This document shows, piece after piece, positions 47,725-57,337 of a stretch of DNA of 64,000 nucleotides. The position numbers and the translations under genes were made by a program. Positions within the stretch are counted from its first letter, which is position 1. Each line of letters opens with the position of its first letter. The notes under the pieces are model-generated. The model did not search any database. It saw nothing but the letters and a program-made list of their open reading frames with translations, and was not told the DNA's origin. Origin of the DNA: an uncultured delta proteobacterium (lineage in GTDB: Bacteria > Myxococcota_A > Polyangia > Polyangiales > Polyangiaceae). Location of the stretch: NCBI GenBank assembly GCA_963696385.1, contig CAVOKF010000007.1, positions 928,001 through 992,000 of the forward strand. The letters are read 5' to 3'.

Positions 47725-48471
47725 ATGAACACCTCTTCCGTGCAGAGTGCGCTGGTCGTGGCGACCGACGTCAAGAAATCCTTCCGCCACATGGGCAGAA
47801 CGCTCGAGGTCCTCCGCGGGGTCGACCTCGAGATTCGCGACGGCGAAATGATGGGCATCGTAGGCCCTTCCGGCGCGGGCAAATCGACGCTCTTGCATTG
47901 CATCGGCACGCTGGATGCTCCCACGGCCGGGTCCATTCGTGTCGCCGGTGAGGAAGTGACGATGCTGGGTGGCTCGCGGCTCGCCGACCTGCGCAATAGG
48001 ACGATCGGCTTCGTGTTCCAGTTTCATCACCTGCTCCCTGAGTTCAACGCCCTCGAGAACGTCATGATGCCGGGGCTGGTCCAGGGAAGGGCGAAGCGCG
48101 ATCTCGAGCCGCGGGCCAGCGCCCTGCTCGAGGAAGTCGGCCTTCGCGAGCGAACTCGCCACCGTCCGGGTGAGCTCTCCGGGGGCGAACAGCAGCGGGT
48201 CGCTCTCGCGCGAGCGCTCATGCTCGAACCGAAACTGCTCCTCGCCGACGAACCAACGGGCAACCTCGACTCGGCCACGAGTCTGCAGATTCACGAGCTC
48301 TTCTTCTCGATCAACGCGCAGCGCGGAACGACCATTGTCGTCGTCACGCACAATGCGGCCCTCGCCGCGAGCATGCCTCGCGTCGTGACCTTGCGCGACG
48401 GTCGAGTGGAGTCCGACGAACGGCGAAGCCCAAGTCGGTCGGGTTCGCTCATCGAGCGAAGCGCGATCTGA
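47725..48471 (+). CDS. lolD: ABC transporter ATP-binding protein, LolD family
   Basis: [63 protein letters not shown]. Confidence 0.85.
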   Translation: MNTSSVQSALVVATDVKKSFRHMGRTLEVLRGVDLEIRDGEMMGIVGPSGAGKSTLLHCIGTLDAPTAGSIRVAGEEVTMLGGSRLADLRNRTIGFVFQFHHLLPEFNALENVMMPGLVQGRAKRDLEPRASALLEEVGLRERTRHRPGELSGGEQQRVALARALMLEPKLLLADEPTGNLDSATSLQIHELFFSINAQRGTTIVVVTHNAALAASMPRVVTLRDGRVESDERRSPSRSGSLIERSAI

Positions 48472-48524
48472 CCGCCACGCGAGCCTCGTTTTGCCAAGTA
48501 GGCCTTGCGAGGAAAGAATCCGCT

Positions 48525-48600
48525 TTCACCCCAGCGAACCACGACGCTCGGTGGGGTGACTTAAGACTTCACCAGCGAACGACGACGCTCGGTGGAGTGA
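48525..48600. repeat. Imperfect ~35-bp direct duplication of the cdaR 3' end; the intergenic copy can form a hairpin (possible bidirectional terminator)
   Basis: ttcaccccagcgaaccacgacgctcggtggggtga (48525-48559) versus ttcaccagcgaacgacgacgctcggtggagtga (48568-48600); TCACCCCA...TGGGGTGA inverted repeat in the first copy. Confidence 0.75.
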
Positions 48601-49492
48601 TTTGGACGTCACACTGGTCGATCGTCAGTTGAACGGGCAACGCAGCGGACCCATGATCGGGCGCGTTCTCGACTTGCACGCGAGGCACGATCTCCTCGGG
48701 CCGCAAGGCGCGAACGATCTCCGGCGGGCATACGAGTCGAACGTCGACCAGCGGTGGCAGGGCTTTCGCGCCCGAGCGACCGACCAGAGCGACGGCAACC
48801 CGGGCGAACGGCCGCTCGAGGACCTCCCGAGCAACCTCGACGTTGGCCGAGATGCTGGGAATTTCGTACGAGACACGCCCGGGAGGCCGGTCGAGAGCGA
48901 GCCGTCGCGCGTATTTTCCGGCGGTCAAGCCCGTCACGTCGAACGCGTCCGAGCGCACACGCTGCAGCACCATGACCTCGCTCATCGGTCCGCGCGTGCG
49001 CACGACGGACGGATCGGCCGAAGGCGGCCCTTTGACGACGAACCCAGCCGCAGGCGTTCCGATGATCCCGACTTCGACAGGCACGTCTCGAACGATCCGA
49101 TCTTCCCATCTCAGATCGATTGCGGGCGGGTCGATTTGCTCGATCTTCAAACCTGGCGGCACCGGAATCATCGACGGGTCGAAGGTGAGACGGGCTTCTT
49201 TGCCGCCCCGCAGATCGACTTGCACGCTCAGATCGTCGGCGTGCACGTCGTCGAGCGCGGACCGAGGACCGCGCACAGTGACGCGAATCTGCGCGGGTAT
49301 CGGCGTCACGAGCTCGCGGTTGGCGGAATCGGGAGGAGTCAGCGCTACGACGCTCAACAGCAAGGATCGCTGTGCGTCCTGAGAACCGTGAACGCCCGAA
49401 TAGAAAAGCAGTGCGAACGCGAGCGACAGAAGTTTGAGGTTGAGATTCTCGGTCACGATCGAGCGGAGCCTGTATCCGAGGTCGAGAGCCAT
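48569..49492 (-). CDS. cdaR: CdaR/YbbR-like regulator of diadenylate cyclase
   Basis: ENLNLKLLSLAFALL, IRVTVRGPRS, VPVEV...G.PAAGF, P.VVRTRGP; directly downstream of cdaA. Confidence 0.88.
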   Translation of the reverse strand: MALDLGYRLRSIVTENLNLKLLSLAFALLFYSGVHGSQDAQRSLLLSVVALTPPDSANRELVTPIPAQIRVTVRGPRSALDDVHADDLSVQVDLRGGKEARLTFDPSMIPVPPGLKIEQIDPPAIDLRWEDRIVRDVPVEVGIIGTPAAGFVVKGPPSADPSVVRTRGPMSEVMVLQRVRSDAFDVTGLTAGKYARRLALDRPPGRVSYEIPSISANVEVAREVLERPFARVAVALVGRSGAKALPPLVDVRLVCPPEIVRALRPEEIVPRVQVENAPDHGSAALPVQLTIDQCDVQITPPSVVVRW

Positions 49493-49495
49493 CGA

Positions 49496-50616
49496 TCAGT
49501 CCTCGCGCGGTCGCGTGCGCGGATCCGCGACAGGCACCGCCATGGGGGTCTCGATGGGTTTGGCGGCGCTCATGGGACGCGCGTTGTGCTTGGACGAAGG
49601 CTCCTTCTCGAGCGTCGAAGCGTCGCCCCGACTGGAAGCAGGAGCGGCGACGACCACGCTGCGCGCAGTCTCCGTCCCGGACGAGCCCGATGGGGGGGGA
49701 CGTCGGAAATGCGGGCCGGTCGCCCTTCCGTGGGTCCCGCGGAAAGCGCGCTCACGACGCGGAAGCTACCGGTCCCGGTCTGCGTGACGCTTCCCGAACG
49801 CTTCTGCCCGGGCTTGGCTCGCTTGCGAGCTCTCTGGCCAAACAGCCCGAGCAACGCCTGACGCAGCGACGCGCCGTCGAGATTGGTCACGATATTGCCG
49901 TTGAAGCAAAAGCTGATGCTCCCTCGCTCCTCGCTGACCACCACGACGACCGCATCGGTCTCCTCAGTGATTCCGAGCGCCGCTCGATGCCGAGAGCCCA
50001 GCGATTTGTCCAAAACTTTCGTGTCCGGCATGGGAAAGAACACGCCGGCCTTGGCGATGCGCAAGTTGCGAATGACGACCGCGCCGTCGTGAAGCTTATT
50101 GAGACTCTCGGGGAGGAACAGACTCACGAGAAGCTCGCGCTGCACGGACGCGTCGATGATCGTGCCCTGTCCGACCACGAACTCGTCGAGGTTCGCGTCC
50201 TGCTCGAATGCGATGAGGGCTCCGATGCGATGCCGGCCCAGCTCGGTCGCGGCAGAGACGACTTCGTCGATCACCTTCGATTCTTGCTGGCGAGAAAGGC
50301 CGCTGAGAAACGCTCGCGCGCCGACGCGCAGCAAGCCGCGCCGAATGTCGTTCTGGAAGAGAACGACGATGATGAGCACGATCGGCGACAGGAGCGCGCT
50401 GAGCAGAGTGAACAGCGTGATGAACCCGGCCCACTTCGACAGATAATTGAACAGGAACAGGACGGCGAGCCCGAGGCCCATCTGCATGGCTCGGGTACCC
50501 CGCAGAACGAGCAGGGCGCGATAGGCCACGTAGGCGACGAGCAAGATGTCCGCGACGTCGGTCAGCGCCCCCGTGAGTGAGCGCCGGGCAAACAGATGGA
50601 GGAACCCGTCGAGCAC
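49496..50616 (-). CDS. cdaA: Diadenylate cyclase CdaA/DacA (c-di-AMP synthase); the C-terminal tail appears frameshifted at a C8 tract (49692-49699)
   Basis: Three N-terminal TM segments, GTRAMQM, LFQNDIRRGL, LHDGAVVI (DGA), GSRHRAALGITEETDA (RHR), VSEERG. As given, the ORF ends at 49570; adding one C gives a stop at 49496, next to the cdaR start. Confidence 0.93.
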
Positions 50617-50619
50617 GGC

Positions 50620-51477
50620 TTACCCTCCCCTCAGCAGGGCCGTCAGGTCAATCGCCTGGCGGGTGGGGCGCACGTCGTGAACGCGGACGATGCGTGCGCC
50701 CGCGCGAGCGGCGTGGAGAGCGGCTGCGATCGACGCACCCAACCGGTCCGTCGGCGCGGAGGATTCGACGGCCATCAAGAACGACTTGCGACTCGCTCCG
50801 ATGGCCACGGGGGCGCCGACGGTTTGGACTACGTCGGCGATACGGGTCAAAAGTTCCAGGCTTTGCCGCGCGCTCTTTGCGAAGCCCAGCCCGGGATCCA
50901 TGACGATCGCCTCCGACCGAACACCGACCGAACGTGCGCGAGCCGCCGCCGCCGCCCACTCCGCACACACTTCCGCTACGACGTCCCGGTAACCGCCTTC
51001 GGGATAGCGACTGAACCCCGGCATCTGCTCGGGGGTGCCGCGCGTGTGCATCAAGACGATCGCCGCCCCGGCCGACGCGACCACCTCGCCGAGCGCCGGG
51101 TCGCGAAGGCAGGACACATCGTTCACGGCGCACGCGCCGACCTCCAGGCAGGCGGCGGCGACGGCCGCACTGGTCGTGTCGATCGACACGCAGGCGCCTC
51201 GGGACGCCGCGTGGCGCACGACATCGAGGACGCGGTGGATCTGTTGGTCCGCAGGTACGGAGACGGCCCCGGGACGCGTCGACTCCCCCCCAACGTCCAC
51301 GATGTCGGCTCCCTCCCCCAGAATCTCGTCGACACGAGCCCGCGCGGCGTCGAGCGCCAGATAACGACCGCCGTCGCTGAACGAATCGGGGGTCACGTTG
51401 CAGATACCCATCAGGGCGACGCCGCGCACAGAGCGCGCGCGATCGAGCATCCGCTGGAACGCCTCGAATCGATACAC
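50620..51477 (-). CDS. folP: Dihydropteroate synthase
   Basis: MGICNVTPDSFSDGG, DVGGESTRPG, DPGLGFAK, GASRKSF, RVHDV. Confidence 0.96.
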   Translation of the reverse strand: MYRFEAFQRMLDRARSVRGVALMGICNVTPDSFSDGGRYLALDAARARVDEILGEGADIVDVGGESTRPGAVSVPADQQIHRVLDVVRHAASRGACVSIDTTSAAVAAACLEVGACAVNDVSCLRDPALGEVVASAGAAIVLMHTRGTPEQMPGFSRYPEGGYRDVVAEVCAEWAAAAARARSVGVRSEAIVMDPGLGFAKSARQSLELLTRIADVVQTVGAPVAIGASRKSFLMAVESSAPTDRLGASIAAALHAARAGARIVRVHDVRPTRQAIDLTALLRGG

Positions 51478-51717
51478 CTCGCGCGCTTGCTCCTGGCGTC
51501 TCGGGCGACCGCCCTACCCTCTCTTGGCTAGCAACCGGCGCCCACCGCGGCAACGTCGAATCGTGCCTACGCGATCGAAAAGCGAAAAGCCCAAGGTCGC
51601 ATCGTGCCAGGCCCGACGGATGCTGGGCTATCCTGGGGGATATCCTGCCCCCCGGACGCCCGCGCCTCGCTTGCACCTCGGGGCCCTCGGCGGGAGGCGA
51701 CGCGTGGAACGCGAGCG

Positions 51718-53433
51718 ATGCGGCAAGAATCGTTTATCCGAAGCCTCTTCTGTGGCGCCATCGACGAGAGCCTGATTTTCCCTTGGCCCGAGGTGCCGGC
51801 CGCCGATGTGAAAACCGTGCATGGTCTCCTCGAAGGCGTTCGCCGATTCCTGGAGCAAACGGTCGATGCGAGCGAGATCGACCGTCTTGGCCGAATTCCC
51901 GATCCCGTGCTCCAGGGCCTTCGCCAGCTCGGGTGCTTCGGAATGCTGATTCCATCGTCGTATGGGGGCCTTGGGCTATCGAGCAGCGCTTACGCACGCG
52001 TTCTGCAGGACATCGCCGCGGCCGATTCGAGCATCGCCGTTACGGTCGCGGCGCACCAAGCCCTGGGGGCGAAGTCCTTGTTGCTGTTCGGCAGCGAAAC
52101 GCAGAAAGCTCTCTATCTGCCCCGGCTCGCCACCGGCGAAATCGTCGCGGCGTTCGCGTTGACGGAGACGGCGGCGGGCAGCGACGCAGCGGCGCTCCAG
52201 ACCCGTGCCGAGCGACAGCCCGATGGAAGCTATCGGATCACGGGCACCAAGATCTGGGTCACCAACGGCGAAATCGGAGATCTCTTTACCGTCTTCGCGC
52301 GTACGTCGCCGCCGGATGAAGGGGTCAAGCCCAAGCTCACGGCATTCCTGGTCGAGCGCGGACCCGGCGTCACGACGGGCCCGAACACCCCCAAGCTCGG
52401 AATTCGCGGGGCATCGACGACCGACATGTCGTTCGATGGCGTACGGGTGGCACCCGAAGGCGTCCTCGGTGAGGCCGGACGCGGCTACAAGGTCGCGATG
52501 GAGGTCCTGGCGAACGCCCGACTCGGGCTTTCGAGCCGCTGCGTCGGGCTCTGCAAGCGCGTCATCAAGTTGTCGGTGGACCGGTGTCAGGAGCGCCGTG
52601 CCTTCGGACGACCCATCGGGGAGTTTGGGCTCATCAAAGACAAGATCGCCGCGATGGTGGCCGATACCTGGGCCCTCGAGAGCGTAACGTACCTGACCAC
52701 CGGAATCGTCGACGCAGGAGTCGAAGACTTCGCAGTCGAGAGCGCGATCTGCAAGGTGCTCGGCAGCGAGACGTGCTGGCGCGTCGTCCACGAGGCGCTC
52801 CAGATCGCCGCGGGCATGGGGTACATGGTCGGCCGTCCTTACGAGCGACTGCTGAGGGACGCTCAGGTCAACCTCATCTTCGAGGGGACCAACGAGATTC
52901 TCCGAGCGTTCATTGCGCTGAGCGGGATGCAGGCGCCCGCCAAGGAGATTGCCGAGGTCGCGCGCGCCATGCGAGAACCAATCAAGGGATTCGGCTTGCT
53001 CGGCGAGTTCGCCATCCGAAAGGCTCGCGGAGCGCTCGGCCGCCCACGGCTGACCCGACATGACCCGGCATTGTGCCGGGAGGCGGCGGTCTTCGAGGCG
53101 TACGTGCACGAGCTCTCGCGCGGCGTCGACAAGGTCCTACGCAAGCACGGACGCGATATCGCCGAGATGCAGTACACCCAGAAGCGAACGGCGGACATGG
53201 CGATCGATCTCTACGCGATTGCCGCCTGCATCTCCCGGACGACGCGCGCGATCCAACGGCGCGGTCACGAAGGGGCCCGCCGCGAGCTCGACTTGACGAG
53301 CATCTTCGTATCGACGGCGGAAAGGCGGCTCGCCCAAACCGTCGAGGCCATCGACAAGAACGATGACGAGCTCCGCAAGGCCGTGGCGAGCAAGACCTAC
53401 GTCGACGGTCGCTATCCGTTCGACGTCGTTTGA
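51718..53433 (+). CDS. Acyl-CoA dehydrogenase (ACAD9/VLCAD-like, with C-terminal extension)
   Basis: AFALTETAAGSDA, GTKIWVTNG, KLGIRGAST, RRAFGRPIGEF, IFEGTNEILR. Confidence 0.92.
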   Translation: MRQESFIRSLFCGAIDESLIFPWPEVPAADVKTVHGLLEGVRRFLEQTVDASEIDRLGRIPDPVLQGLRQLGCFGMLIPSSYGGLGLSSSAYARVLQDIAAADSSIAVTVAAHQALGAKSLLLFGSETQKALYLPRLATGEIVAAFALTETAAGSDAAALQTRAERQPDGSYRITGTKIWVTNGEIGDLFTVFARTSPPDEGVKPKLTAFLVERGPGVTTGPNTPKLGIRGASTTDMSFDGVRVAPEGVLGEAGRGYKVAMEVLANARLGLSSRCVGLCKRVIKLSVDRCQERRAFGRPIGEFGLIKDKIAAMVADTWALESVTYLTTGIVDAGVEDFAVESAICKVLGSETCWRVVHEALQIAAGMGYMVGRPYERLLRDAQVNLIFEGTNEILRAFIALSGMQAPAKEIAEVARAMREPIKGFGLLGEFAIRKARGALGRPRLTRHDPALCREAAVFEAYVHELSRGVDKVLRKHGRDIAEMQYTQKRTADMAIDLYAIAACISRTTRAIQRRGHEGARRELDLTSIFVSTAERRLAQTVEAIDKNDDELRKAVASKTYVDGRYPFDVV

Positions 53434-54590
53434 GGCGAGGCGGGGGAAAAAATCGGCGTTTCCGCCCACCGCTCGCCGCTGCCGCGGTCGATCTCGAGTG
53501 GTCGATGCACCCGCTCCGCTGCCGCCGCGTTGCGACGCACGCGCGCGACGGCGCGCTCGATCGACGGCGAGTCGCGATCATGGGCCGAAACCGGAAGAAC
53601 ACCCGCAGCGGTCCGGCGCACGAGCGAAGTGGAAAGGAGCGGGTACGTTGCACCCTCCGGAATCTCCAACGCGGGCGAATGCGCGACGGGCACGAATCCC
53701 TCATCGTCGCGGAGGCCGACGGCCACGCGAGCGACACCGCCGCCCGGCACATCCGGGATGAAGAAGTCGCCGGATGTCGCCTTCACGTCGTAGTCGCGCA
53801 CCGCCGATCGCGGCCCGTCCCACGTTGGAGTGATGACGATCGCCCGGAGCGACACCACCCCTGCGGGTTTTTCCGCACGTAGGGATTCGAACGAACGCTC
53901 GCGCACCTGCCAGTAGACATAGAGCGTGGTCGCGGCCACGGGAATGGCCACGCATTCGTCCACATCGGAGCGCGCCGACCAAGCCGCATCGTCCAACGCG
54001 ACCGTCGGCTCAGAAGCAACCCGATCGGCGGTCCGGGCATCGTCATCCGCTTGGGGCAGTGGCGTCGCGGCGGCTGGTTCGCCCCGGAGCGCCTCGTCGT
54101 CCTCCGGTGGGAGCGGCGGTGCCGGCATCGGATAGGCGGCATCGCGCAACCGTGCGACGAGCGCACGCGCCGGCGCGTGGTCGGGCTCTCGCGCCAGAAC
54201 GCGCTCCAGGGTCTCCACGGCGCGCTGACGATGGCCCTGCGCAGCGTAGATTTCCGCAAGCGTGACCGTGGGAAGAGCGGCGGGAGCGCTGGGGCGAGCG
54301 ACGGGCAGCGAAATCATGGATATCGATCGAATCCGGTCCGCTGCGTCGGGCAGGTGCAGCCCTCGCTCGACCACGCGCGCGAGCAGGTCGCGCGCTCGCC
54401 CGAAAAGGCCACGCGATCGCTCTTTTTCGGCTTGATTCGCGGCACTGCGCAACAGCAGCTCGTCGACGAGCTCGGGACGGGTCAGGATGCGCGCGCGGGC
54501 CACGCCTACACCTTCCGCCCTCGCGATGAGAGCGTCCCGGTCGAGGCGTTCCAGGTCCGCGCGGTCCATGGGATGGGGTATTTGCGGCAC
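53412..54590 (-). CDS. DUF4912-like protein with an N-terminal Rho_N-like helical motif and a TPR segment
   Basis: LERLDRDALIARA...LTRPELVDEL; TVTLAEIYAAQGH...LERVLAREPDH; IPVAATTLYVYWQVRE. Confidence 0.6.
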   Translation of the reverse strand: MPQIPHPMDRADLERLDRDALIARAEGVGVARARILTRPELVDELLLRSAANQAEKERSRGLFGRARDLLARVVERGLHLPDAADRIRSISMISLPVARPSAPAALPTVTLAEIYAAQGHRQRAVETLERVLAREPDHAPARALVARLRDAAYPMPAPPLPPEDDEALRGEPAAATPLPQADDDARTADRVASEPTVALDDAAWSARSDVDECVAIPVAATTLYVYWQVRERSFESLRAEKPAGVVSLRAIVITPTWDGPRSAVRDYDVKATSGDFFIPDVPGGGVARVAVGLRDDEGFVPVAHSPALEIPEGATYPLLSTSLVRRTAAGVLPVSAHDRDSPSIERAVARVRRNAAAAERVHRPLEIDRGSGERWAETPIFSPASPQTTSNG

Positions 54591-54615
54591 CGCGCGCGCG
54601 GACGCAAGAGATCCC

Positions 54616-55593
54616 TCAGTCGCGGACCGGCTTGAGTAGAGCGGCTCGCGCGCCCGCGACGTCGCTTTCGATCGCAGCCCTCAGCTCTTGCAGGGAGTCG
54701 AACTTCTTTTCGGGACGCAATCGTGAGACGAAGTGCAGGCGGATGCGCGATCCGTAGAGGTCGCCTTTGAAGTCGAGCAGGTACGTTTCGACCGTTCGCC
54801 ACCCGGGCCGCAGCCCGTCGACGATCGTTGGACGGACTCCGATGCTCGTGACACCCTGAGCAAGCGGACGCGTCCCGGTCGCCCGCAGCAGCTCGACCCT
54901 GACCGCATAAATCCCGTTTGCAGGCGTCGCTTCCGCGATCTGGTCGAGATTCGCCGTCGGAAAGCCAAGCGACCGACCGCGCGCATCTCCATGGACGACG
55001 ACGCCTTCGATCGAATGCGGCCGGCCGAGGACGCCGGCCGCCTCCTCGACATTTCCGACCGCAATGGCGTCTCGCGCCCGGGTGCTCGAGTAAGCGCCGA
55101 CGTCGTCGCGAGCCACGGCATGCACCCGCGCCTCGAAGCCACACTCTGCGCCGAGCGCTCGCAAGAGCCGGAGGTCGCCGGCGCGCTTGGCTCCAAAGCG
55201 GAAATTTTCGCCCACGACGACGCGACGCGACAGGAGTGCGCCCACGACGAGATCCCGCACGAAACGCTCGGGCTCCCAAGCGGCGAAGCCCGCGTCGAAG
55301 TGGCGCACGTACACACGATCGACGCCGAGCGCTCCGATGAGCTCCGCGCGGTGCTCGAGAGAGGTCAGCAGCGGCGGCGCGTCGCCTCCGATGACTTGGG
55401 CGGGGTGAGGGTCGAACGTCAGGGCGCACGCGCAGAGGCCCGCGGCCCGCGCTTCGGTAACGGCCTCTTGCAGCACCGCCTGATGCCCACGGTGCACGCC
55501 GTCGAAATTGCCGATGACCAGGACGCACGGTGCCGCGGCGAGGCTCGCGGCAGGCGTCGCGTCGTCGACGAGGACCAGTGGGGCCGCGGCCAT
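54616..55593 (-). CDS. ribF: Bifunctional riboflavin kinase / FAD synthetase
   Basis: IGNFDGVHRGHQ, TFDPHP, VGENFRFG, GRSLGFPTANL, VETYLLDF, LRPEKKF. Confidence 0.97.
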   Translation of the reverse strand: MAAAPLVLVDDATPAASLAAAPCVLVIGNFDGVHRGHQAVLQEAVTEARAAGLCACALTFDPHPAQVIGGDAPPLLTSLEHRAELIGALGVDRVYVRHFDAGFAAWEPERFVRDLVVGALLSRRVVVGENFRFGAKRAGDLRLLRALGAECGFEARVHAVARDDVGAYSSTRARDAIAVGNVEEAAGVLGRPHSIEGVVVHGDARGRSLGFPTANLDQIAEATPANGIYAVRVELLRATGTRPLAQGVTSIGVRPTIVDGLRPGWRTVETYLLDFKGDLYGSRIRLHFVSRLRPEKKFDSLQELRAAIESDVAGARAALLKPVRD

Positions 55594-55637
55594 CGCGGGC
55601 GCAGGCTTAGCACGTGCGCCGGTTCAGGGCCGGACGC

Positions 55638-57131
55638 TCATGGCGACGGATCGGCCGTAAGTCGCACGATGACCGGGCTGTCGCCGACCCGGATGTCCTT
55701 CGTTTCGCTCCGATACCCGGCCAACGTAACGGTGATCTGGTGCACGCGGGACGGATCCGCGTCCGCGTAGAGCACGTCGCACGGCGTGCCGCTGCAGATC
55801 GAGACGCCGTTCTCTTTGATGGTCGCGCCGTCGGGATCCGTGCTGATCCGAACCTTTACGATCGAATCGGACGGCGGCGGGGGCGAGGCCGGCGAGGCCG
55901 CGCTGACGCTCGGCATCGCCGCGGTCACAGGAGCGGAGGGGGACAGGCCCCAGGAAGAATGGTTCAGGCGAAGCGCGGCGACTGTGCCCATGCTCCCGAG
56001 CGCAAGGGCGGCAACGAGACCGGTTGCCAGCGCCCTCTTCGATCGCTTCGGAACGGACTGTTGCCAAGCGAGCACGGATCCGGTGCCCGGCGACGCGGTC
56101 GGAATGGGGGCCGAGGTCGACGTGGAACTCGTCTCACCCGCGCTCGGACGCGAATCGCTCGGACTGCTTTCGAGCGCGGCTCGAATGGGACCGGGCGCCG
56201 GGTTCGCTTCCAGAGGGGCTTCGCTCAGGCGCTTGACCTGTTTCAGGCCCGCGAGAAGCTCGTCCATGGATCGAAACCGCTCATCGGGATCCTTGGACAG
56301 ACACCTCTGAATGACCGCCTCGAGCGCCGGAGAGAACTGCGCCCGAGGATTGACCTCGCGCATGGGGGGCGGCGGCTCATGCACGTGAGCCATGAGAATG
56401 TGAACGCTGCTCGGGCGATCAAAAGGCACTTTGCCCGTGACCATCTCGTAGAGAATGACCCCCAGGGCGTAGACGTCGGTGCGCGTGTCGACGCGCTCGC
56501 CACGAACCTGCTCGGGCGCCATGTACTTGGGGCTACCCATGAAGAGGCCCGCTTGAGTGAGCTCCTCGGACGGCGCGTCGGACACCTGCTTGACCAGACC
56601 GAAGTCGAGGACTTTGACGAAGTCGGGCTCGTCGCCGTGTTCCACCAGGTAAATGTTCGCTGGTTTGAGGTCGCGGTGAATGACACCCATCGCATGCGCT
56701 TCGCGCAGGGCGCGACAAATCTGACGCGCGATATGGGCGACGCGATCTTCGGGCATGGACCCGGATTGACGGATCGCCCGGTGGAGCGTCTGTCCATCCA
56801 GGTATTCCATCGCCATGTAGTAGATGTGGTCGTCCGTTCGGCCGTAATCGAAGATCGTCACCGTGTTCGGGTGGGTGAGCTTCGATGCGGTGCTCGCCTC
56901 GAGGAAGAACCGTTTATGAAATTCCGGATCCTGGCTGTCGGCGTAATTCGGGTTAAGAACTTTGATAGCGCAGACGCGGCCGAGCGGAGCTTGTTCGGCG
57001 CGGTACACGCGCCCCATCCCGCCGCGCGCGATGAGCCCAGTGATCCTGAAGCGATCGCAGATCACGCGCCCCACGAACGGGTCTTGGACCGGTGGGCCTT
57101 TGGGCGGTAGTGCCGATGCGCCGTCGCTCAT
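55638..57131 (-). CDS. Hanks-type Ser/Thr protein kinase with a TM segment and C-terminal PEGA-like domain
   Basis: IARGGMGRVY, AIKVL, HRDLKPANI, KVLDFGLVK, GSPKYMAPEQ, DVYALG; STDPDGATI...GTPC...LAGY. Confidence 0.94.
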   Translation of the reverse strand: MSDGASALPPKGPPVQDPFVGRVICDRFRITGLIARGGMGRVYRAEQAPLGRVCAIKVLNPNYADSQDPEFHKRFFLEASTASKLTHPNTVTIFDYGRTDDHIYYMAMEYLDGQTLHRAIRQSGSMPEDRVAHIARQICRALREAHAMGVIHRDLKPANIYLVEHGDEPDFVKVLDFGLVKQVSDAPSEELTQAGLFMGSPKYMAPEQVRGERVDTRTDVYALGVILYEMVTGKVPFDRPSSVHILMAHVHEPPPPMREVNPRAQFSPALEAVIQRCLSKDPDERFRSMDELLAGLKQVKRLSEAPLEANPAPGPIRAALESSPSDSRPSAGETSSTSTSAPIPTASPGTGSVLAWQQSVPKRSKRALATGLVAALALGSMGTVAALRLNHSSWGLSPSAPVTAAMPSVSAASPASPPPPSDSIVKVRISTDPDGATIKENGVSICSGTPCDVLYADADPSRVHQITVTLAGYRSETKDIRVGDSPVIVRLTADPSP

Positions 57132-57337
57132 TCGAGACGCTCCACAAGGTAGCGGCCGTCGGAGGTTAAGACTCCAAAAGGCCCAGCAGACTTCAGTTTG
57201 GCCCCTCGGCGGCGCGTGTGTCAACGCGGCACGACGCCCGCGACCGGGCCTCGCTCACCGGACAGGGACGACGGCCGCTCCCACCGACCCCGCAAACACC
57301 ACATCGTAAGCCTGAATCCATGTAACCTAGCCGCCGC

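Noticed and set aside
48291..48542. Short minus-strand ORF continuing from the duplicated cdaR end
   Set aside because: It is mostly antisense to lolD, has no RBS or coding signature, and is likely a by-product of the duplication.
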